DNA from: Myxococcota bacterium
GTDB taxonomy: Bacteria > Myxococcota_A > UBA796 > UBA2385
DNA length: 64,000 nucleotides
Assembly (NCBI GenBank): GCA_044344255.1
Contig: JBIJDH010000010.1
Span: 160,001-224,000 of the forward strand
Reading direction: 5' to 3'
Shown here: positions 16,329 through 26,699 of the stretch, piece by piece
Numbering within the stretch: the first letter of the stretch is position 1
Layout of the letters: every line of letters starts with the position of its first letter
The notes under the pieces: model-generated
What the model was told of the DNA's origin: nothing
The model's database searches: none
What the model saw: only the letters and a program-made list of their open reading frames with translations
Translations under genes and position numbers: made by a program

Positions 16329-19327
16329 CAGCGGATGGCCTCACCGTGGAAGGTCCAGCGGCCGCTCGGGAAGCGCCCCCGGTTCTCCCGCCACCACTGG
16401 GCCCAGCCGAGCTGGTGGGCCCGCTGCACGCGCCAGGGGCCCTCGGCGTCAAAGGGCAGACGGGCGCCGGTGCTGATGACCAGCTCATCGTAGGTGAGGC
16501 GGCGCACCATGGGGTCGTCGTGGCCGAGCCGATCGACGAGGGTGCCGGGGTCCATCAGGCGGCCGTGGCGGTACCGCTGGCCCTCCTGGAAGCGGCCGCC
16601 CATGCGCTCCCACCACTCCACCCAGCGGTTGCGGAGCAGGCTCTCCTCGGGGTCCTCCGGGTGGCCGGAGAGCACCTCGAGGGCGGCGTTGGCGACGCGG
16701 GCCCGCTTGTTGTCGCGGCTGCCGAGGGCGTCGATGAGGCGGGGCACGGCGCGGGGGTCACCGAGGTAGCCGAGGCCCTGGAGGGCGCCGAAGCCTGCGG
16801 GCCCCTCCTGCTCGGCGGTCCGGTAGAGCAGCAGCAGGTAGGAGGGGCCACCGTAGCGCCCCACGATCTCGCCGAGGGAGCGGCCGGCCGTGGGCCGCCG
16901 GGTGGCGAGGGCCTGGGCCTGCATGTCCACGCCCTTCCACTCGCCCAAGAGCAGGAGCGAGGTGCTGGCGTCTTCGCTCAGCTCGGGCTCGTCGAGGACC
17001 TCGATGAGATCGTCGATGGCCGCGTGATCGCCGACCCGGCCGAGGGCGATGATCGCCGCCCGGCGCATCCGAGAGGGGTACTCCGACCGGCAGAGGCGGC
17101 GAAGCGTGGGCACAGCGGCGAGCTCGCGGCGCCAGCCGAGCACCTCGGCGGCGGCGGACATCCCGGTGGGGTCGAAGCCGCCCTCGAGGGCGTCGAGCAG
17201 GCCGCTCACGAGCGCGGCGTTGCTGCTGCGGGCCATCGCGCCCACGAGGGCACGCCCCGCCGCGCCGCCCGGGCGGACCTCGAGCAGGTGGCGGAGCAGG
17301 ACCTCGGCGGCCTCGTAGCTGCGGTGCGCGGACAGGAGGTCGGCGGCGGCGACGTAGCGGGCGAGGTTGGGGTCGGTGACCCGCGGGGTGGCGAGGTCGA
17401 GCGAGCGGGCGGCAGAGTCGAGGTGCCCACCGAGGATCTGCACCACGCGCACGTCGCAGGCGGCGACGGCCATGCGGTGGGCCCCGATGCGGCGCTCGGG
17501 GCGCTCGGCGTCGGCGCGAGAGAGCGGCGGGCGAGCCCGCTGGGCGTTGCCGCGGTCGCGGGCGTGCTCGGCCGAGCGCTCGAGGTGCCAGTCGACGCTG
17601 CGCGCGGGGTCGCCCATGCTGGCGTCGGCGGCGGCGACCCCGGCGGCGAGGTCAGCGGCCTTGAAGAGGGAGCGGGCGGTCTCGGCGGCGGCGGGGAAGC
17701 CGAGGCGGGCGAGGCGGAGGCGGGCCCAGGCCTCCCGGAGCGGCAGGCCGAGGCCCCCGAAGCCGTCGGCGGCGCGCGCGTAGTCGGCGGCGGCGCGGTC
17801 GGCGTCCCCCGTGAGGGCGTAGAGGTCGCCGCGGCGCACGAGCACCCGCTGGAGGAGCTCGGAGTCGCCCTGCACCTTCTCCTGCGCGCCGCGGTACGCG
17901 GCCTCGGCCTGGGCGTGCTCTCCGCGCTGGGAGTGAGTGTCACCGAGGCCGAGCAGGACGAGGCCGGCGAGGCGCGCGTTGCGGCTGCGATCCGCCAGCA
18001 CCCGCGCCATCTCGAGGCAATCGGCGGCGCGGTCGAGGCGGTCGTAGAGGCGGTGCCGCTCGGAGAGGAGGAGCAGGGCCTCGCAGCGGTCCTTGATCCA
18101 GGGGTCACCGGCCTCGCGGTGGCTGCGCGGGTCGAGGGCCTCGATGGCCTCGGCGAGGATCTCCTCGGCCCAGGGCTCCTGGCGGAGGGTGGCGAGGCGG
18201 CCGAGCTCGACCAGCCCGCGGGCGTGCAGGGCCGGCGGGGCGTCCCGGAGGAGGCGGAGGTGGCGCTCGGCCTCGTCGTGGAGACCGAGGTCGACCTCGA
18301 CGCGGACCAGCAGCAGCACCACCTCACCGGCGAGGCGGCGGTGGTGGAAGCCGCGGGCGCGCTCGAGCCAGTTGACCAGCTTCTCGGCCGCGCCGCGCCG
18401 ATCACCGCGGGCGAGGAAGACCCGCCCGAGCTCCACCGCGGCGGCCTCGGAGAGCGCGGCCTCCTCCTCGTTGTGGACGTCGTGGACCGACTCCTCGTGG
18501 AAGTGCTCGAGCTCCCGCTCCCAGGCGGCGTCGCCCGGGGGGAAGAGGCGCCCGAGGTCGCGCAGCAGGGAGGGCTCGACCGGGTTGAGCACGGGGAAAC
18601 GAGCCGGCAGGCGGATCGCGCGCAGGGCGCGGAGGAAGGCGAAGCGCGCAGCGGCGTCATCCTCCCCCACGAGGGTCTCGCCGAGGCGCACCCAGGCGCC
18701 CACGAGGCCGGGATCGGCCGCGGTGGCCTTCTTCAAGAGGGCGCGGGCGCGGTCAGGGTCTCCGCTCGTGAGGCAGCGCTCGGCGTCGCGGAGGAGGAGG
18801 TAGCCGCAGTCGGGATCGACGTCGATGCGGGCCTGGATCCGGGCGTCCTCGTCGCGGAGGTTCTCATCGAGGACGCGCAGCGTGGCGAAGAGCCAGCGGT
18901 CAAAGCGCTCGTGCAGGGGCTCGAAGGCGCCGTGGGCCGCGCCAGGCCGCGCCGGGTGCCAGCGCCCGAAGGCCGAGCCGCCCTGCTCATCGGCGACGAA
19001 GGCCCAGCGGTCGGCCTCGGTGGGACCGTCGGCGAAGAGGATCACCTCGGGGGCCTCGGTGGCCGCAGGGGCGAGCTCGCGCGCGGTGCGCACCCGGAGG
19101 GCGCCGCGGAAGAGGTTGGCCCCGTTCCAGCGCTCGAGGAAGGACAGCAGCGTGACCGGGACCGGCACGCCGAGGGCCGCTGTCGCGCCGCGCAGGGCCT
19201 CCACCGTGCTCGCCCCTTCGAGCACGTGGACGTCGTGGCGGTACCGATCGAGCAGCCGCAGCAGGGGCTGGTAGGGGTCAATGGCCGACTCCCGACGGGG
19301 GTCAGCGGGGTTCCGAGCGGCTTCCAT
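16328..19327 (-). CDS. SMI1/KNR4-domain + TPR + HEAT-repeat protein
   Basis: GASTVEAL..ALGVPVP.TL.SFLERWNG (SMI1-like); central TPR-like helices; HEAT units AAIIALGRVGD, ALQGLGYLGDPRAVPRLI. Confidence 0.75.
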   Translation of the reverse strand: MEAARNPADPRRESAIDPYQPLLRLLDRYRHDVHVLEGASTVEALRGATAALGVPVPVTLLSFLERWNGANLFRGALRVRTARELAPAATEAPEVILFADGPTEADRWAFVADEQGGSAFGRWHPARPGAAHGAFEPLHERFDRWLFATLRVLDENLRDEDARIQARIDVDPDCGYLLLRDAERCLTSGDPDRARALLKKATAADPGLVGAWVRLGETLVGEDDAAARFAFLRALRAIRLPARFPVLNPVEPSLLRDLGRLFPPGDAAWERELEHFHEESVHDVHNEEEAALSEAAAVELGRVFLARGDRRGAAEKLVNWLERARGFHHRRLAGEVVLLLVRVEVDLGLHDEAERHLRLLRDAPPALHARGLVELGRLATLRQEPWAEEILAEAIEALDPRSHREAGDPWIKDRCEALLLLSERHRLYDRLDRAADCLEMARVLADRSRNARLAGLVLLGLGDTHSQRGEHAQAEAAYRGAQEKVQGDSELLQRVLVRRGDLYALTGDADRAAADYARAADGFGGLGLPLREAWARLRLARLGFPAAAETARSLFKAADLAAGVAAADASMGDPARSVDWHLERSAEHARDRGNAQRARPPLSRADAERPERRIGAHRMAVAACDVRVVQILGGHLDSAARSLDLATPRVTDPNLARYVAAADLLSAHRSYEAAEVLLRHLLEVRPGGAAGRALVGAMARSSNAALVSGLLDALEGGFDPTGMSAAAEVLGWRRELAAVPTLRRLCRSEYPSRMRRAAIIALGRVGDHAAIDDLIEVLDEPELSEDASTSLLLLGEWKGVDMQAQALATRRPTAGRSLGEIVGRYGGPSYLLLLYRTAEQEGPAGFGALQGLGYLGDPRAVPRLIDALGSRDNKRARVANAALEVLSGHPEDPEESLLRNRWVEWWERMGGRFQEGQRYRHGRLMDPGTLVDRLGHDDPMVRRLTYDELVISTGARLPFDAEGPWRVQRAHQLGWAQWWRENRGRFPSGRWTFHGEAIR

Positions 19328-19468
19328 GGCGACGGCCTCGATCCGAGCCCCCACGGGTGACCGGGGCCGGGAGCCCGAATGTAGCAGCCTTGACGTGCCA
19401 AGGGAAGGGTGAGAAAGCACTGCAGCGATCTCGCCATCTGGCAGCTTGCGATCGGGATCTCCGCGAGA

Positions 19469-20398
19469 TCAGGCCCGCCGGACCTCGAGCGTCGCCACCC
19501 CAATCCGCACGGAGCGGGCGCGGGTGCGGGTCTCGACGATGCGGGCCGCGTCGCCGATCCCCGCCATGTCGAAGTGCTTCCGGGCGTGGAAGGTCCAGAG
19601 GTGGACCGCGTTCTTGTTGCCCTTCTGCCCGCAGGCCTTGGCGAGGTCTTCGAGGTGGATCCAGCCCACCTCGGACTCGGGCAGCGTCTGGTCGGCGCTG
19701 TCCACGAGGCGCCGCTCGGCCAGCATCAGCAGCATCTCATTGAAGGTCCGGTGGTACCGATCGATCTGCCCCGCCGGGCTGTCGATGCAGACCTCGATGT
19801 GCTCTTGATCTCGGCTCACCTCGAAGCGGAGCGAGATGTTGTCGATGGTGGGGGTCTCATCCACCTGGGCCATCGTCTGGGGGATCTGCTCGAGCAAGGA
19901 GACCGTCCAGCGCTCCCCGGCCACCGTCACCGCCTCGCCGTCTTCGACCGGCTCCACGGTGTCCAGCGTGTAGTCCGCCTTCACCCAGTCTCCACGCCCG
20001 TCTTTGTAGATGTGCAGCACCTCGGACTGATCGTCGGGCAAGGCGAGCAGGTGATCGCGGGCGACCGCCACCCGGCCGTCCTCCGCCACGGCGAAGAGGC
20101 GCGGCGGGCTCGCATCCTCGATGATGTAGGTGTGATCCCGATCGCCGAAGGAGACTACGCTCCCTTCACGGAGCGGGGCCTGCAGGCTCTTCCCGAGGGG
20201 CTCTCGGTTGACGACCGTGCCGTTCTTCGAGCCGAGGTCTCGCACGACCCAGTGATCACCCACCCAGTCGATGGATGCGTGATCTCGAGAGACCACGCCG
20301 TCATCCTTCGGGAAGCGGAGGTCGCTCGCCGGCATGCGCCCGACCCGGAAGTGCGGGCGGAGCACGAAGCGCTCCCCCCCCCGCTCGGCGCGGAGCAT
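19469..20398 (-). CDS. FHA-domain protein with possible C-terminal winged helix
   Basis: VGR...VSRDHA...DLGSKNGT canonical FHA motifs; start uncertain. Confidence 0.85.
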   Translation of the reverse strand: MLRAERGGERFVLRPHFRVGRMPASDLRFPKDDGVVSRDHASIDWVGDHWVVRDLGSKNGTVVNREPLGKSLQAPLREGSVVSFGDRDHTYIIEDASPPRLFAVAEDGRVAVARDHLLALPDDQSEVLHIYKDGRGDWVKADYTLDTVEPVEDGEAVTVAGERWTVSLLEQIPQTMAQVDETPTIDNISLRFEVSRDQEHIEVCIDSPAGQIDRYHRTFNEMLLMLAERRLVDSADQTLPESEVGWIHLEDLAKACGQKGNKNAVHLWTFHARKHFDMAGIGDAARIVETRTRARSVRIGVATLEVRRA

Positions 20399-20551
20399 CG
20401 GGAGGCGGATGAGGGGGGATAGGGAAGGGATGGGCGGATCCTGGGACACGGCGGCTCCGAATGGGCGGCTTTTAACACACTGCACCGCCGAGAGGCCGCG
20501 CGACCGACTGAGTCGGCGCGAACAGGCCGGGCGGCCGGGCACGTCCCTCCG

Positions 20552-21706
20552 TCAAAAGGTCGCGATTGTCCCGGGAATGTCGAGATCCAGGCCGAGCAAC
20601 ATCCCCGATTCACCGAGGCCGGGGAGGTCGATCAACCGCAGACCCACCCCACCGAGCCCCACTCGCCCATAGACTCCCGGCTCGACCGCGCTGGCGGTGG
20701 GCCAGAGGTCCCACGTGCCGCGATCGGGATCGTAGCTGCCCGCCACCCCGCCGAGGAGCCAAGCCCCGCCGCCCACCTCGAGGGAGGTGGCCCAGACGCC
20801 GCGCCCAAAGTGCTGATGCAGGCCGAGCGTGCCCTCGGCCTGCGGGTACCAGGCGAAGCCGCGCTCCATCGCCACGCCCCGCGCGTCGGCGGGGAGGCCG
20901 GCCGCGACGCTGAAGCGCAGTCGATCCCGGACCAGGGCCCCCCCCCGCAGCATCCCTGTCGGGACGCTATACAGATCGAGACCGCTCACCATTGACAGTC
21001 CACCAAACCACTCTCCGCCGAAGAGCGGCCGCTTGGGATCGGCGATCATCGCCGAGAGCCACGAGGTGGGCACCAGGAAGGAGATGTTGTCTCCCTGGAG
21101 CTTCCGCGAGGTGATCCCGATGAGCCGCCCCTGCGCGTCGAGCACCGGCCCCCCCGAGTTGCCGGGGTTGAGGGCGGCGTCGGTCTGGATGAGGCCGGCC
21201 CCGACCGCGCTCACGATGCCCTCGGACACGCTCCAGAGCAGCACGCCGGTCATGGCCTCGTTGCGGTCGGCGGCGGGGGCGAAGGGGTGCCCCATGCCAT
21301 AGACCCGCTCCCCCTGGAGCGCTGGCTCCGTTCGGATCGGGCGCGGCTGAACCTTCCCGGTGAGCTCGGGGGCGGTGACCAGCGCGAGATCGTGCTCGGC
21401 GTCGAGGGCGAGGATGCGCCCAACCGTCTCTTCTCCCGAGCGCGTGCGCACAAGGGGGCGGAGGCCGCTGGCGACACAGTGGTAGGCGGTGGCCACCGTG
21501 CCCCGATCGTCGATGATCACGCCGCTGCACCAGGCCGGCCCCGCTTGGAGCAGGACCACGCTCTCCAGCCAGCGCTGGATGCTCTCGGGGGCGGCGTCCT
21601 CGGCTCGGGCCGCGGCGGGGAGCGCGACGGACAGCCCGAGGCCGAGGATCAGGCGGAGGGACCGTGACCAGCGGGCGGGGAGGTCGGCGAGCGGAGTCGA
21701 GCGCAT
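20552..21706 (-). CDS. Trypsin-like (S1C) serine protease with C-terminal beta region
   Basis: TAYHCV, HDLAL, IQTDAALNPGNSGGP catalytic triad motifs. Confidence 0.88.
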   Translation of the reverse strand: MRSTPLADLPARWSRSLRLILGLGLSVALPAAARAEDAAPESIQRWLESVVLLQAGPAWCSGVIIDDRGTVATAYHCVASGLRPLVRTRSGEETVGRILALDAEHDLALVTAPELTGKVQPRPIRTEPALQGERVYGMGHPFAPAADRNEAMTGVLLWSVSEGIVSAVGAGLIQTDAALNPGNSGGPVLDAQGRLIGITSRKLQGDNISFLVPTSWLSAMIADPKRPLFGGEWFGGLSMVSGLDLYSVPTGMLRGGALVRDRLRFSVAAGLPADARGVAMERGFAWYPQAEGTLGLHQHFGRGVWATSLEVGGGAWLLGGVAGSYDPDRGTWDLWPTASAVEPGVYGRVGLGGVGLRLIDLPGLGESGMLLGLDLDIPGTIATF

Positions 21707-21760
21707 CCGGGCGGATAACCCGCGACCGCTCCCCGATCCGTGGTTAACCTCGACCCCGCT

Positions 21761-22519
21761 ATGCTCACCCTCCCGCTCCTGATCGCCCTCGCCAGCGCCG
21801 CGGACCCTGCGCCGACCGCCACCCCTCCCGCCGAGCGAACCGCAGAGCGCGCAGGCGCCGGAGCGATGAACGCCGAACGGATCTCCGTGCGACACATCCT
21901 CGTCGCCTACGAGGGCGCCGAGCGGGCCGATCCCAAGCTCCACCGAAGCCGGGAGGAGGCCCAGCGCCGCGCGGCTACGCTGCTCTCCCGGCTCCAGGCC
22001 GGCGAAGACTTCGCTCGTGTCGCTCGGGAGGCCTCCGACGACCCCGCCTCTTCCGCTGCAGGCGGGCAGCTCGACACCTTCGGCCGCGGACGGATGCAGG
22101 CCGCCTTTGAGACCGCCGCCTTCGCCCTCGCGGTCGGAGCCCGGAGCGGCGTCGTGGAGAGCCCCTTCGGCTTCCACATCCTCGAGCGACTACCCCTCGT
22201 CGAGGTCCATGTCGCGCAGATCCTCGTGCAGTGGCAGGGCCTCCCCGGCGCCACCGTCACCCGCGACCGCGAGGCCGCGCGAGCCCGCGCCGAAGAGGCC
22301 CTGGCGGCCTTGAGGGCCGGTCGACCGGTCGCCGAGGTGGCCCGCACCTGGTCCGACGGCCCCGCCGGCCCGAGGGGCGGAGACCTCGGCTGGTTCGAAA
22401 AGGGTAAGTTAAACTCTACCTTCGACCCTATCGTCTTCCAGCTCCCCCCCGGCGGCGACAGCGGGATCGTGGAGACCACCCTCGGCCTCCACATCCTCGT
22501 CCGCCTGGACGGGGTCTGA
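21761..22519 (+). CDS. Parvulin (PpiC-type) peptidyl-prolyl isomerase, two domains
   Basis: VRHILV...F..VAR..SDD...GG.L...ESPFGFHI, repeated twice. Confidence 0.9.
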   Translation: MLTLPLLIALASAADPAPTATPPAERTAERAGAGAMNAERISVRHILVAYEGAERADPKLHRSREEAQRRAATLLSRLQAGEDFARVAREASDDPASSAAGGQLDTFGRGRMQAAFETAAFALAVGARSGVVESPFGFHILERLPLVEVHVAQILVQWQGLPGATVTRDREAARARAEEALAALRAGRPVAEVARTWSDGPAGPRGGDLGWFEKGKLNSTFDPIVFQLPPGGDSGIVETTLGLHILVRLDGV

Positions 22520-22522
22520 TCG

Positions 22523-25500
22523 GTGCGCCCCCCCGTGCTCCCGAGGCCTGACACGATGCCCCTGGCCCCGCCCGCACCCCCTCCCGCGCACCCTCCCGCG
22601 GCCCCGGCCGTCGGCAAGCCCGTCGGCGAGCCCACCGAGGAGTCTCCGATCCTGGAGATGGGCGGGATCACGCTGGCACCCGGCGACCGCATCGGCCCCT
22701 ACGTCTACGTCCGCCCCCTCGGCTCGGGCGGCATGGCCTACGTCCTCGTCGCCCGCGACCCCGGCGGCCAGCTCATCGCCCTCAAGGTGCTCAAGGCCCA
22801 CCGCCTCGGCAGCGGGCTCGGCCGCTTCCGGCGCGAGTTCCGCGCGCTGTCTCGGATCGACCACGAGAACGTGATCCACGTCGAGGCCTACGGCGACATC
22901 CACGGTCACCCCTACATCGCGATGGAGCTCGTCCTCGGCACCGACCTCCACATGGAGATCCGCGACCTGCGGGCGCTGCCGCCCCTCGAGCGCTGGGCCC
23001 GCGTGGAGCAGGTCCTCATCGACCTCTCCCGCGCCCTGGCCCACATCCACGCCCGCGGCCTCGTGCACCGCGACCTCAAGCCGAGCAACATCCTCATCGA
23101 CAAAGAGGGCCGCTGCAAGCTCTCCGACTTCGGCATCGTCAAGGATCTGGACCCCGGCAGTGACCCCTTCGTCTCCACCACCCTGGTGGGCACCTGGGCC
23201 TACGCCTCCCCCGAGCAGATCACCGGCGCCAGCATCGATCACCGCTCCGATCTGTACAGCCTCGGCGTGATCCTCTACGCCATGCTCACCGGGCGGCGGC
23301 CCTTCAACGCCAAGGACATGGCCGGCTACCTCGCGATGCACCGCGACCAGCCCCCGCGATCTCCCCGCGAATTTGACCCCGACTGCCCGCCCCACCTCGA
23401 GGAGATCTGCCTCCGCCTGCTGGCCAAGGCCCCACGCGATCGACTCCAGTCGGCGGGCGAGATCGTCACCCGCCTCACCAGAGCCTTGAGCCCCGAGGAG
23501 CCGACCCCCGAGGGTCAGTGGAGCCCCCCCTTCACCGGGCGACGGGCCGAGCTCGACCGCCTCTACGACGCCGTCAGCGCCCTCACCGCCGGCCAGGGCG
23601 GCGCCTTCTTCATCGAGGGGGCGGAGGGCACCGGCCGCAGCCGCCTGCTCGCCCTCGGCGTCGCTCGGGCCCGCCTCATCGGCATCGGCGTCCATCAGGC
23701 CCGCATCGGGGCGAACGAGGGCGGCTTCGAGGCGCTGATGCGCATCGCCAGCGCCATCGGCCGCGAGCTCGGAACGCGGGTGCCGGCCGACCTCAACGCG
23801 GCCCTCCTCCGCTTCGCCCGCGGTCGGGGCAAGGTGGGCGGCGACCTGCGCTACCAGCTCTACGACGGGCTCCGCGAGGCCCTGACCGACCTCGTCGCCG
23901 AGGGCCCGCTGGTCATCGCCCTCGACGACCTTCACCACGCCCCGGCGCCGATGGCGGCCCTCATCGGCTACCTCGTGCGCACCCTCGTCGCCCGCGACCA
24001 CCTGCCCTTGCTCGTGCTGGCCACCGCCCGCACCGACACCCCCTCCCCGGCCCTCGCTGGGCTGCGAGAGGGCAGTGAGCTCGGCCTCCTCCCCGGCCGG
24101 GTCCACCTCGGCAACTTCGACCTCCCCACCACCCGCGAGCTCGCGCTGGCGGTGCTCGGCCCCGAGGCCGACTCCACCGCCATCTTCGAAGAGACCGGCG
24201 GCAACCCCTACTTCGTGGCGGAGGTGCTGGCGGCCCTCCGGGAGGGGGGCGGCACAACCGCCGATCTGTCGGCGGGGGGCGAGCTCGACCCTCGGATGCC
24301 CCCGCGGGTGCGGAGCGCCGTCGCCGCTCGGATCTCCGAGCTCCGGCCGGCCGAGGCCGCCCTCGTGCACGGCCTCGCCGTCATCGGTCGAGAGGTCGAT
24401 GTAGACGTGCTGCTCGACATCGTCGATGAGTCCGAGGAGCTCGCCCTCGATCGTATTGACGGCCTCGTCAGCAAGGGCCTGCTCACCAGCCGCACCGTCG
24501 GCCTGCAGACCCTGGTCGACTTCAGTCAGGCCCGCCTCGCCGAGCTCGTCTACCGCGACCTGCCGCCCCCCGTCCGCAGCGGCCTGCACCGCCGGGTCGC
24601 CGACACCCTCGGGCGACACGCCCGCGGAAACTCGACCGTGGCCGAGGCCATCGGCGAGCACTACCGGATGGGTGGCGACCTGGCCCGCGCCTGGCGCTTC
24701 CTCGCCGAGGCCGCCATCGGGATGGCTGATCGGGCGGCCCTCGCCGAGGCCTGGCGCCTCGCCGAGCGGGCCGCGCCGCTGACCTCCGCCGGGCAGGCAG
24801 GCCTAGACGTCGCCACCTTCTCCCGCTGCCACCGGGGCCTGCTTCGCCTCCGCGCCGACGCCCTCTACAACCGCGGCGCCTGGGCCGAGGCCGAGGTGGC
24901 GCACCGTCAGCTCGAGGTGGCCGCCCGTGCGGTCCAGGACCACCGCACCGCCGCCCACGCCGGCCTCGACCGCGGCGGTGCCCTCCGCCGCTTGGGCCAG
25001 CACGCCGCCGCCGCCGCGCTCGTCCACCGGGTGCTGGAAGAGGCCCGCGATCGGCACGACCGGGCGACGATCATCGACAGCCTGCACCGGCTCGCCATCT
25101 TCGCCTGGGAGGACGGCGACCTCGACCTCACCGAGCGGCTCGCCGGCGAGGGCCTCGTGCTGGCCACCGGCCCCGACCTCGTCGCCAGCCGGGCCGAGAT
25201 CCTGCTCGCCCTCACCGCCGTGCAGGCGAGCCGCGGCCAGCTCGCCGTCGCCACCGCCGGACTCACCGAGGCCGAGAGCCTGCTCCGCCCGCTCCGGAAC
25301 AAGCGCTCCAGCGCCGTCGTGCTCGGCAACCTCGCCGAGCTGCTCGTCTGGCAGGGTCGCCTCGGCGAGGCCATCCGCCAGGCCACCGCCGGCCTCTCCT
25401 CAGCGGGGGAGGCGCTCTTCCGCGAAGGGGAGGCCTTCATCCTCCGCGTGCGCGGTCAAGCGCGGCTCGAGGCCGGTGACCTCGACGGGGCGGATCAAGA

Positions 25501-26074
25501 CCTCGGTCGCAGCCTGCTCCTCTGCGAAGAGCTCGGCGTGGCCAGCGAGACCGTGGCCACCCGCTTCATGCTCGCCCGGCTCTGCCAGCGCCGCGAGCAG
25601 GTGGACGCCAGCCTCGTCCACATCGAGGCCGGCCTCGACCGCGCGCAGGCCGAGGACCCCGAACGATACGAGCCGGCCCTCCGCGCCCTCGCCGCGCGGG
25701 CCCGGCGCCAGCGCGGCGACCGCCCGGGGGCCGAGCAGGAGGCGCGCCTCGCCGCAGACAGCCTCGCCGGCCTCCCCCTCCCGCGCCGCACCCAGGTCGA
25801 GCTCCTGCTCGCCCAGGCCTGGACCACCATCGGAGACCTCGACAAGGCCCGCCAATATGGGCGCAGCGCCGCCCGAACCGCCGGCTCTCGGGGCTTTCGG
25901 CCCTGGGCGATCGAGGCCCGCCTCCTCCTGATGTACGTCACCGGCCCCGAAGAGGCCGAGCGCTGCCGCCTCGAGGCCACCGAGCTCGCGCAGCAGGTGG
26001 GCGCCAGCCTCGGCGAGGAGGGCCTCTCGGCCTATCGGCACCAACCCGGCTACTCTGCCCTCTGGTCGCTCTAA
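22523..26074 (+). CDS. Ser/Thr protein kinase + AAA/STAND-like NTPase + TPR
   Basis: LGSGGMA, ALK, HRDLKPSN, DFG, SPE; GAEGTGRS P-loop variant, IALDDLH, TGGNPYF; start may be 22556 or 22658. Confidence 0.9.
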   Translation: MRPPVLPRPDTMPLAPPAPPPAHPPAAPAVGKPVGEPTEESPILEMGGITLAPGDRIGPYVYVRPLGSGGMAYVLVARDPGGQLIALKVLKAHRLGSGLGRFRREFRALSRIDHENVIHVEAYGDIHGHPYIAMELVLGTDLHMEIRDLRALPPLERWARVEQVLIDLSRALAHIHARGLVHRDLKPSNILIDKEGRCKLSDFGIVKDLDPGSDPFVSTTLVGTWAYASPEQITGASIDHRSDLYSLGVILYAMLTGRRPFNAKDMAGYLAMHRDQPPRSPREFDPDCPPHLEEICLRLLAKAPRDRLQSAGEIVTRLTRALSPEEPTPEGQWSPPFTGRRAELDRLYDAVSALTAGQGGAFFIEGAEGTGRSRLLALGVARARLIGIGVHQARIGANEGGFEALMRIASAIGRELGTRVPADLNAALLRFARGRGKVGGDLRYQLYDGLREALTDLVAEGPLVIALDDLHHAPAPMAALIGYLVRTLVARDHLPLLVLATARTDTPSPALAGLREGSELGLLPGRVHLGNFDLPTTRELALAVLGPEADSTAIFEETGGNPYFVAEVLAALREGGGTTADLSAGGELDPRMPPRVRSAVAARISELRPAEAALVHGLAVIGREVDVDVLLDIVDESEELALDRIDGLVSKGLLTSRTVGLQTLVDFSQARLAELVYRDLPPPVRSGLHRRVADTLGRHARGNSTVAEAIGEHYRMGGDLARAWRFLAEAAIGMADRAALAEAWRLAERAAPLTSAGQAGLDVATFSRCHRGLLRLRADALYNRGAWAEAEVAHRQLEVAARAVQDHRTAAHAGLDRGGALRRLGQHAAAAALVHRVLEEARDRHDRATIIDSLHRLAIFAWEDGDLDLTERLAGEGLVLATGPDLVASRAEILLALTAVQASRGQLAVATAGLTEAESLLRPLRNKRSSAVVLGNLAELLVWQGRLGEAIRQATAGLSSAGEALFREGEAFILRVRGQARLEAGDLDGADQDLGRSLLLCEELGVASETVATRFMLARLCQRREQVDASLVHIEAGLDRAQAEDPERYEPALRALAARARRQRGDRPGAEQEARLAADSLAGLPLPRRTQVELLLAQAWTTIGDLDKARQYGRSAARTAGSRGFRPWAIEARLLLMYVTGPEEAERCRLEATELAQQVGASLGEEGLSAYRHQPGYSALWSL

Positions 26075-26099
26075 CCGCGGCTTCCGTGCGCCCCCGCGG

Positions 26100-26699
26100 T
26101 CAGTACGGCGCGACGAGCTCCATGTCGATCCCGCTGTTGGCGCGAATGGAGATCAGCCCTACCTCGGCCGCGAAGGCGAACACCGCCGGGAGCCCGCTGT
26201 TCGACCGTGAACAGTCAAAGACGACGGTGTCGGAGAAGGTGCCGTAGAAGGTCTCGACGCTGGCGTCGAGGTCGGCGGTGCAGCTCCAGCCCGCGGCGGT
26301 GGCGAGGTCGCCGTCGGCCACCTGAGCGTCCGAGAAGGGGAGCTCCGCCTCACCGGCGTCGGGCCCGTACTCCCAGGAGACGAGCGAGAGGCCGCCCTCC
26401 TCGGAGAAGGCGAGGGCCGCTACCGGGGAGGCGTCAGCCCACCGCGCGCCACGGCGGAGCTCGATCAGCCCCTCCCCGAGGTGGTGGGCGCGGATCAGGC
26501 GCTCGTCGTCGACCTCCTCGGTCGAGAGGTCATCCCGGTAAGTCCAGGAGGCCCCCTCCGAGAGGGCGGCGTACTCCGCGATCGAGACCTCCCCCTCCCC
26601 GGCGCCGCCGTCGCCATTACAGGCGGCGAGCGAGAGCGCACAGAGAGAGAGAAGGGCGGGGGCCCGAGCGTCGGGCGGGCGTGGCAGACCGGCGGCCAT
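26100..26699 (-). CDS. Hypothetical lipoprotein
   Basis: LSLAAC lipobox; GASWTY and VETFYGTF motifs; coupled to upstream gene. Confidence 0.65.
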   Translation of the reverse strand: MAAGLPRPPDARAPALLSLCALSLAACNGDGGAGEGEVSIAEYAALSEGASWTYRDDLSTEEVDDERLIRAHHLGEGLIELRRGARWADASPVAALAFSEEGGLSLVSWEYGPDAGEAELPFSDAQVADGDLATAAGWSCTADLDASVETFYGTFSDTVVFDCSRSNSGLPAVFAFAAEVGLISIRANSGIDMELVAPY

